Shown here: positions 1-8,000 of the stretch, one piece after another
Layout: each line of letters starts with the position of its first letter
Numbering within the stretch: position 1 is the stretch's first letter
IMG/VR virus record: IMGVR_UViG_3300033146_001917
Coordinates: 32,001-96,000 of that record
Direction: 5' to 3' (one strand)
DNA: 64,000 nt
DNA from: a virus
Translations under genes and position numbers: made by a program
Notes under the pieces: generated by a model
Told to the model about the DNA's origin: nothing
Databases searched by the model: none
What the model saw: the letters and a program-made list of their open reading frames with translations, nothing else

Positions 1-151
1 ATATGCAGAACATAGAGTAAAATATCTTTTAGACAATTCACAGATCACTGGAGACAGACTAATCCATGAAGTTGGTAAGGGACTCAAGCAAATCATGGAC
101 ATGTTAGATATCCTAGTAAAGGATAAAACTCCAACAGAAACTAATGAATAA
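1..151 (+). CDS. 3' end of a hypothetical protein (partial)
   Basis: Frame starting at base 2 is open (YAEHRVKYLLDN...KTPTETNE) to TAA 149-151, overlapping the RNR start. Confidence 0.6.
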   Translation, partial: YAEHRVKYLLDNSQITGDRLIHEVGKGLKQIMDMLDILVKDKTPTETNE

Positions 152-2102
152 ATTTACATTAGCTAAATCATTTATAGTCCAATTCGAAGGACGTCAACCA
201 GAATGGGGACCATTAGGATACATAACATTTAAACGTACATATGCTCGTCCAATTGGAGATCGTACAGAAGAATTCTGGGAAACATTATATCGAGTAGTGA
301 ATGGTACATACTCAATTCAGAAAGAATATTGCCAAAATCTAAATTTACCATGGGACAATAAGAAAGCTCAACAATCTGCACAAGAAATGTATCAGTTAAT
401 GTGGGATATGAAGTTTCTCCCACCTGGACGTGGATTGTGGAGTATGGGTACTTCAGTAATTGAAGCTAAAGGTGCAGCACCACTATATAATTGTTCCTTT
501 ATTAGCACTGATGATATTAAAATTTCTAAGGCGGAACCATTCTGTTTCTTAATGGACATGTCCATGCTAGGTGTAGGTGTAGGTTTTGATACTAGAGGTG
601 CTAATAAGATAAAAGTTCAAAATCCACAACGAGATGATCGTACATTTGTTGTACCTGATACACGAGAAGGTTGGATAAGTATTGTAGGAACTGTAATCAA
701 TGCGTATTTTGGTAAAGGTTATTTACCGGCAACGATAGATTATTCTAAAATCAGACCTTATGGATCACCTATTAAAACTTTTGGTGGCACTGCTAGTGGG
801 CCAGATCCACTTATGCAACTAGTAGATAATGATATACATGAAATACTAGTTCCATTACAAGGCAAAATGTTGGATTCCACAGCCATTGTGGATTTATTCA
901 ATGCTATTAGCCGTTGTATAGTGAGTGGCAATGTAAGACGTTCAGCATCTATTGCATTAGGTGATATGAATGATCATGAATTTATCGCACTTAAAGATCC
1001 CAATATAAATCAAAAGCGTTTAGAAAAGTGGCGATGGAATTCTAATAATGGAATCATTGCGCAAGTAGGAATGGATTATACGGAGTTAGCAGAACGAAAC
1101 GCAATAAATGGCGAACCAAGTGCATTCTGGTTAGAAAATGCTCAAAATTATGGTCGCATGATTGATGGTCCATTATCTGAGCCAGACAAAAGCATTATAG
1201 GATGTAATCCATGTTCTGAAATATCTATGGAATCATACGAATTTTGTAATGTTCCAGAGACATTTCCAGCTAGACATAACTCATATGCTGAGTATCAACG
1301 AACATTAAAATTTGCTTATTTATATGCTAAAACTGTTACATTAATACCAACACATAATGTACGTGTAAATGCTGTCCAATTACGTAATCGCAAAATTGGA
1401 TTATCAATGAGTGGAGTAGTGCAAGGATTGCATAAACACGGCACTCGCAAATTGCTAAACTGGGCAGACAATGGATATAAGTATTTACGCAAATTAGATA
1501 TTATTTATTCTAATTGGTTATGTGTTCCAACTTCTAAAAAGATAACTTCTGTTAAACCTAGTGGTACTATTTCCTTATTACCTGGAGCTACTCCTGGAGT
1601 TCATTTTCCATATGGAAAGTATTATTGGCGTACTATTAGAATGGATTCGGAATCTGAGTTAGTAAAGAAATTAAGACGAGCAGGGTACAGAATAGTAGAA
1701 GGAGAGGGACACAATACATCTATTGTGTACTTCCCTATTAAAGAAAAAGATTTTTTCAAATCTAGATATGATGTAACAATGTGGGAGCAATTAGAATTAG
1801 TTGCTCAAATGCAACAGTACTGGGCAGACAATCAAATTTCTGTTACTATAACATTTAGGCCAGAAGAAGCTAACCACATTAAGACAGCACTAGAATTATA
1901 TGAAACACGTTTAAAGTCTGTAAGTTTTCTTCCTCTTGAAGGGCATAATTACAAACATGCTCCTTATCAGCCAATAACTAAAGAGGAGTATGACGTAGCT
2001 GTTAGCCAATTGAAACCAATTGATTATAGTGAACTCACAGAAACATATGGATATGAACATACATATTGTGATTCTGATCACTGTGAGTTACCTACGTCCT
2101 AG
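144..2102 (+). CDS. nrdJ: Class II (adenosylcobalamin-dependent) ribonucleotide reductase, RTPR-like
   Basis: KRTYAR, FLPPGRGLW, NCSF, GNVRRSA, NPCSE active site, TSVKPSGT, C-terminal CDSDHC cysteine pair. Confidence 0.93.
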   Translation: MNKFTLAKSFIVQFEGRQPEWGPLGYITFKRTYARPIGDRTEEFWETLYRVVNGTYSIQKEYCQNLNLPWDNKKAQQSAQEMYQLMWDMKFLPPGRGLWSMGTSVIEAKGAAPLYNCSFISTDDIKISKAEPFCFLMDMSMLGVGVGFDTRGANKIKVQNPQRDDRTFVVPDTREGWISIVGTVINAYFGKGYLPATIDYSKIRPYGSPIKTFGGTASGPDPLMQLVDNDIHEILVPLQGKMLDSTAIVDLFNAISRCIVSGNVRRSASIALGDMNDHEFIALKDPNINQKRLEKWRWNSNNGIIAQVGMDYTELAERNAINGEPSAFWLENAQNYGRMIDGPLSEPDKSIIGCNPCSEISMESYEFCNVPETFPARHNSYAEYQRTLKFAYLYAKTVTLIPTHNVRVNAVQLRNRKIGLSMSGVVQGLHKHGTRKLLNWADNGYKYLRKLDIIYSNWLCVPTSKKITSVKPSGTISLLPGATPGVHFPYGKYYWRTIRMDSESELVKKLRRAGYRIVEGEGHNTSIVYFPIKEKDFFKSRYDVTMWEQLELVAQMQQYWADNQISVTITFRPEEANHIKTALELYETRLKSVSFLPLEGHNYKHAPYQPITKEEYDVAVSQLKPIDYSELTETYGYEHTYCDSDHCELPTS

Positions 2103-2104
2103 AC

Positions 2105-2452
2105 ATGGATAATTCACGCTACGAAAGGACACACTATTACGGTAGTGTGTCCTTTTTTCTTGCCGACTACACTCCCCGACTCGATGAATGTCGGTTCTTA
2201 ATATTAAAAATCATCGAGCAGTCTATAAGAGATTATATTGCACTTTATCAAATAGAATCACAGCCAGAATATGGTGATTGGATAACGGCTAAGGATTTCT
2301 TGTTCGATGATACATACAAAATAAACTGGGGTGACCAAGACATAAGTCTTTTAGAATTATGTGAAATTGTAAACATGGATTTACTGTATCTAAGAAAACG
2401 TGTACAGCAACGCTTTAAAAAAAGGCATTATCATTATGGCCCGAAAAAATGA
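2105..2452 (+). CDS. Hypothetical protein
   Basis: 115-aa ORF packed between nrdJ and recA. Confidence 0.7.
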   Translation: MDNSRYERTHYYGSVSFFLADYTPRLDECRFLILKIIEQSIRDYIALYQIESQPEYGDWITAKDFLFDDTYKINWGDQDISLLELCEIVNMDLLYLRKRVQQRFKKRHYHYGPKK

Positions 2453-3113
2453 ACCTGAAATATCTAGCACTAAACTTGAAATAGCAAAAAAACAATTAGA
2501 AAAACAATTTGGTAAAGGAATCCTTACTCGTGGTTCAGAACGAGTAATGGGAGTAGAGTTCTTTTCATCTCAGTCTATTGGAGTTGATAGGGCATTAGGC
2601 GGCGGATGGCCTCGTGGACGCATGATAGAAATAATGGGTCCTGAATCCAGTGGAAAGACAACACTTACACTGCATGCTATTGCTGAAGTCCAGAAACAAG
2701 GAGGTACAGCTGCATTCATAGACATGGAACATGCCTTAGACCCTATATATGCTACTGCTCTAGGTGTGAACATGGATGAACTGTTTATCTCTCAACCAGA
2801 CCATGCTCAGCAAGCTCTGAGTGTAGTAGATGCATTAGTTGCTACAGGAGATATTGCTTTAGTAGTGATTGACTCAGTTGCTGCTCTAGTACCTCAACAA
2901 GAAATGGATGGTGAAATGGGTGCTAGCAATATGGGGCTACATGCCAGATTAATGAGTCAAGCTATGCGCAAATTAGCAGGCATAACATATAAAACAGGCA
3001 CTACAATTATCTGGATTAATCAAATCAGAATGAAAATTGGAGTGGTATTTGGTAATCCAGAGACATGTGTCTCTCCCTCTACTAAGATAACATGGCGTAA
3101 GATGCATAAATAG
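2436..3113 (+). CDS. recA: RecA N-terminal part fused to a 15-aa split-intein N-fragment
   Basis: GPESSGKTT Walker [34 protein letters not shown], then [15 protein letters not shown] and TAG; start taken at ATG 2436. Confidence 0.95.
   Translation: MARKNEPEISSTKLEIAKKQLEKQFGKGILTRGSERVMGVEFFSSQSIGVDRALGGGWPRGRMIEIMGPESSGKTTLTLHAIAEVQKQGGTAAFIDMEHALDPIYATALGVNMDELFISQPDHAQQALSVVDALVATGDIALVVIDSVAALVPQQEMDGEMGASNMGLHARLMSQAMRKLAGITYKTGTTIIWINQIRMKIGVVFGNPETCVSPSTKITWRKMHK
3066..3110 (+). mobile_element. Split intein N-fragment (15 aa)
   Basis: Block-A-like CVSPSTKI starts exactly after GNPET, where RecA normally continues TTGG. Confidence 0.85.
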
Positions 3114-3190
3114 ACATATTGACACTACATCAGATTTGATAAGAAAAATGCTCAAGAGACAATAATAAAAGAACTTGGAGAAAGCTTCCC

Positions 3191-3646
3191 ATGGATCAGA
3201 CAGGAACAATAGCCGAATTATTTGCCCAGTGCAATATTGATTGGGAGCAATTAGAACCGGACGATATTGTTGATATATCTCACCTTAATATAGAAACTAA
3301 GAGTTTTGATTTAGCTACCCAAAGATTTGTTTGGAAACAAATCTTAAACTTAAGGCGTAGACATGACGCAGTGGAATATATTGTCAAACAAGACGATAAG
3401 ATAGTTCTACGTTGCAATGGTGCTCATAAAATTCTTATTCATGATGGAGTACATGATATATGGAAAAGTGCAGACAATATATATAAACGATGTCTGTCTA
3501 CTGGTTTTGTATTAGGTGTTACTGGCAGTATGGAACATGATGTTCGTGAAATTCAATGTGAAAAAACGAACAATATTATTCCAGTATTGGATATGGAAGT
3601 CGCTGATACTAGCACCTATATAATAGGTGACCTAATAAATCACAAC
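3191..3646 (+). mobile_element. Split intein C-fragment (152 aa, no endonuclease)
   Basis: Block B His, block F VLDMEV, terminal HN with Thr at +1. Confidence 0.88.
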
Positions 3647-4009
3647 ACTACGGGTGGTAATGCACTCAAGTTTTATGCTTCACAACGAGTAGATATTAGA
3701 CGTATTGGTGTAGTGAAGACAGATGGAAATGCTACTGCGAATAAGACACGAGTTAAGATAATTAAGAACAAAGTAGCCCCTCCATTTAAGGAACATGAAT
3801 TTGAAATTATTTATGGAGTAGGAATTGATATCTACTCAGACTTGTTGGATGTTGCTACCGAATTAGGAATAATAGGTAAGGCCGGTGCATGGTATTCCTA
3901 TAACAACGAAAATATTGGACAAGGACGGATACAGACTGCCCAATATATAAAAGATCGGCCAGAGTTAGTAGCTGAGCTACGAGATAAAATCTTTAATGGT
4001 AAAGGATAA
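3191..4009 (+). CDS. recA: Split-intein C-fragment fused to RecA C-terminal part
   Basis: Own GGAG SD at 3177-3180; intein blocks LRCNGAHKILI and VLDMEVADTSTYIIGDLINHN followed by TTGGNALKFYASQRVDIRR, KNKVAPPFK, GAWYSY, GQGR. Confidence 0.95.
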   Translation: MDQTGTIAELFAQCNIDWEQLEPDDIVDISHLNIETKSFDLATQRFVWKQILNLRRRHDAVEYIVKQDDKIVLRCNGAHKILIHDGVHDIWKSADNIYKRCLSTGFVLGVTGSMEHDVREIQCEKTNNIIPVLDMEVADTSTYIIGDLINHNTTGGNALKFYASQRVDIRRIGVVKTDGNATANKTRVKIIKNKVAPPFKEHEFEIIYGVGIDIYSDLLDVATELGIIGKAGAWYSYNNENIGQGRIQTAQYIKDRPELVAELRDKIFNGKG

Positions 4010-5006
4010 CTTTGTACATTTACATGTTCATACTGAATACAGCATACTAGATGGCGTATCTAAAATTGAGTCATTAGTACAGCGTGTTAAAAATTTAGGA
4101 ATGCCTGCTTGTGCAATTACAGACCATGGAGTACTTCATGGTGTAATTGAGTTCTATAAGGCATGTAAGAAGCATGATATAAAACCTATAATAGGATGCG
4201 AAGCATATGTGACTAATGATCCTGACGATACAGAGAAAAGTAATTGTACACGTGACAATTACCATATGGTAATGCTCTGTCAGAACGAAGTGGGATTCAA
4301 AAATCTAGTATGGTTAATTAATCAAGCTAATATACATAACTTCTATTACAAACCTAGAATATCTTGGAATAATTTAGCGGCACACAGTGATGGACTAATT
4401 GTTACATCAGCATGTCTAGCAGGACCCCTCGCGAAAAAAAATAATAACGAAAAAAAGATTCGAGGTTTGTTCTATGATAAAGAAACCCAAACAGTCTCGG
4501 ATCCGCTAGGCAGCGGACGTGAACGCGCAAGGCAACTTGCGGATATATTTGGTGATAGATTTTATGTTGAAATACAACCGCACCAAATGTGGGAACAACA
4601 AGCATACAATAAATGGGCTATCCAACTTGCTCGTGACGAGGGATATGAGTTAGTTATAACCACAGATGCTCATTATTTACGTCAAGAAGATAAGGAAGTC
4701 CATGAATTACTCATGGCTCAACAGTTAAAGAAAACTTTAACTGAATATCTAGATGGAGAAATAATGAGATATGAAGGTGGCGAATTTTGGATACGCGAGA
4801 CAGATGAGATGTATAAAGAAGCACGTAAACTAGGTGCCTTCAATGCATGTATTAACACTGTTCGAATTGCGGAACGTTGTAACCTAGAAATAGAATTAGG
4901 TGAATACGAAATTCCAGATTATGATATAACACTTACTCCGGACTACAAGGACTTTAAACAGTGGCAAATTCAGAACTCAATGATTACTTCCGTTATAAAT
5001 GTTTAA
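3996..5006 (+). CDS. dnaE: DNA polymerase III alpha, stand-alone PHP domain
   Basis: FVHLHVHTEYSILDG, AITDHG, GCEAY, FYYKPR, SACLAG, TTDAHY, NTVRIAERC. Confidence 0.93.
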   Translation: MVKDNFVHLHVHTEYSILDGVSKIESLVQRVKNLGMPACAITDHGVLHGVIEFYKACKKHDIKPIIGCEAYVTNDPDDTEKSNCTRDNYHMVMLCQNEVGFKNLVWLINQANIHNFYYKPRISWNNLAAHSDGLIVTSACLAGPLAKKNNNEKKIRGLFYDKETQTVSDPLGSGRERARQLADIFGDRFYVEIQPHQMWEQQAYNKWAIQLARDEGYELVITTDAHYLRQEDKEVHELLMAQQLKKTLTEYLDGEIMRYEGGEFWIRETDEMYKEARKLGAFNACINTVRIAERCNLEIELGEYEIPDYDITLTPDYKDFKQWQIQNSMITSVINV

Positions 5007-8000
5007 AGGGGTTACGTGATAAACAACTAGATAATAAACCAGAGTATGTAAGTAGATTAGACTACGAAATTAAAGTAATTACTAAACTAGGATTCGCTGG
5101 CTACTTTTTACTATTTAGAGATATTATTAATTGGGCACGCGAAAATAATATTTTCGTAGGTCCTGGGCGCGGTAGTGCTGCGGGTGCGCTTACATCATAT
5201 TGTTTAGGTATTACAAACTTAGATCCTATCAAATTAGGTTTACTATTTGAACGTTTTTTAAATCCAGATCGTCTTGGGTCTCCATATATATCAACAACTC
5301 AATTATCATTCGATGAATTTACGAATACAATATTGCCACAATTTACTGAAGATGTATTAATTTCAGACAATGAATTAGAATCAATGTGTGAAAAACCAGG
5401 ATTCTATGAAGAAGCACAGATAGAATTCTCTGGTTTAACACAAGACAAGAAAAAATACATCTCATATTTAAAGCAACAAGGTATAAAATATGACAATCCA
5501 GATAATTCTCATTTACTATATGCTATTGGGTGTACTGATGATCCTCCAATTGGATATGTGACACGTATAGGTGGTGCTGGATTATGTGATATAGATGTTG
5601 ATTTTGAAGAACGTTATCGTTCTAAAGTTATACAACATGTACAGGAAGTGTTTGGTACTGATCGTGTTGTACACATTGGTACATTTGGAAAACAGAGAGC
5701 CAAGGCAGCTATTAAATCAGTAGCAAAAAGTCTAGGTTACCCCTATGTTATTGGAGATGATCTAACAAAATTACTATTAGAACCAGTTCATGGTAAACCA
5801 CAATCCATTTCTGATTCAATCACCAAAGTAAAAAAATTACAAACATATATGGCCAGTGAAGTACCACAACGTGAAATACTTCAGTGGGCTCAAAAAATAG
5901 AAAATCATATTAATAATGTAGGAGTGCATGCTTCTGGAATTATTATTGCTAATCAGTCACTTCTAGACACTGTGCCATTATTTGTAGACAAAGAAGGCGG
6001 ATTGGCTACCCAATGGGACATGGGTAATATAGAAGAAACAGGACTTATTAAGTTTGATTTTTTAGGTTTGGATGCACTTACTAAAATACACACTTGCATA
6101 GATCTCGTTAAAGAACTTCGTGATATAACAATAAACATAGATAAAATTCCATTAGATGATGATTCGGTATTTTTACGTCTACGTCAGGGTGACTCGGTTG
6201 GTATATTCCAATTAGAAGCATCAGGTGGAATGAGAGATTTATCTATGCAGATTCGACCTGCACAATTTGAGGATCTAATAGCTCTTATAGCTATTTATCG
6301 TCCTGGTCCTTTATCATCTTCATATAAACAAATATATTTAGATGCACGAGCCGGAAATAGAGAACCTGAGTATCTAGTACCTGAGCTAGAGCCTATTTTA
6401 GGAGAAACTGCAGGGTGGTGTATTTACCAAGACGAACTTGTTCATACACCAAATGGTAAAGTAAAAATACATACATTAAAAGATAAAGATATTATCTTGA
6501 ATGGTGAATACAAACCTACAACTATAAAACATATCTGGAATTCTGGTACTAAAAACGTAATAAGATATGACTTTGATAATAATTCCAACATAGCGTGTAC
6601 TGCTGATCATCCTGTAAAAACTATTACTGGATATCTACCCATAAGTAAAACACCTAGTGTAATTAGATATCGTAATAAACAATTAGAGATAATTGATATC
6701 AATATAGGTATCAATGAAGCATGGATATTAGGAATGGTATTAGGAGATGGATGCACTACAGATTCTTCTCCCACTATAGCTACAGACACATTAATCAATG
6801 CTGATATTATTAAAGATACATTACAGCAAGTCTTCCCCGAATTAATAACAAAAAAGTTTTTTGCTACTCGTGCATGGTATGTAGGTGCAAAAAGACAACA
6901 AGGAGTGTACAAAAATAAATTTAATACCTGGTTACGTAGGTATAATCTATTCAATATAAAAGCTAATAAGAAGCAAATTCCAGATATATTTTTTAAGGCC
7001 AATAGTAAATTAATAGATAGCTTATTGGCAGGACTTTGGGATAGCGATGGATGTATTCATCAGCATGGTATGTTTTATACATCTACTAGTACTGTGTTAC
7101 TAGATCAAATGTCTATATTATTAGATTTTAGATATATTACATATTATAGAACTAATAATAGGATTTATATTCGTGATACCGAGTTATTTGCATCTTGTTT
7201 AGCTCCATATCTTAAATTGAAAACAGTTAATAATATAAATTTATCAATAACTGGTGGCTTAATTGTTAGTAGGCAATATCTTAGAAACTTAATTGATAAG
7301 TATCGACAAGCTACAGGGTTGTCCATAAAGCAAGAATGTGTATCTAGAGGTATAAGTAATTCATCTTATTTTGAATCTACGAATGCAAAACTAAGTACTA
7401 TAATAAAAGCTTTTCCAGAAGAACATATAATAGAAAATTTTATTCGCGGGGAAGTGTCCTTACATAATATAACAGAAGAATCACTAGTAGGAAAATACGA
7501 CGTATACGATATTGAAGTAGATGGTGATGAACATAGCTTTATTGTGGGGTCTGGAGATGGGATTATAGTCCATAATTGTATCTACCAAGAACAAGTCATG
7601 GAAATCAGCAAACAACTGTGTGGGTATACAGGTGGTGAAGCTGATGAAATGAGAAAGGCTATTGGTAAAAAGAAACAAGCCTTAATGGACAAACATAAAC
7701 CTAAATTTATGAATGGTTGGGTAAAGCATGGGTTACCTGAACATAAAGCTGAAACTATGTGGGATACTATTGTAGGATTTTCAGCATATGGGTTTAATAA
7801 AACACTGGACAAAGATACACAAATTGCCACAATAAATGGTGTTAAAAGAATAGAGGACTGTTCTGAGCGAGACACTATTTATACATTAGATTCTGCAGGT
7901 AACACAGTTGAATCACATGTTGTAGCCTTACACGATCATGGAATTGTACCTCTATGGGAGATAGAATTCGATGACGGAACAACTGAACAATGTACACTTG

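Noticed and set aside
3111-3122. Stop-codon recoding or readthrough to join the recA halves
   Set aside because: Two different stops (TAG, TGA) are in frame, the second half is in another frame, and TAG/TGA end genes normally elsewhere
4953-4959. TTTAAAC slippery heptamer at the dnaE PHP/polymerase junction
   Set aside because: It is in the wrong phase (TTT AAA C), and a -1 slip there meets TAA at 4955; the GTG with SD explains the second ORF
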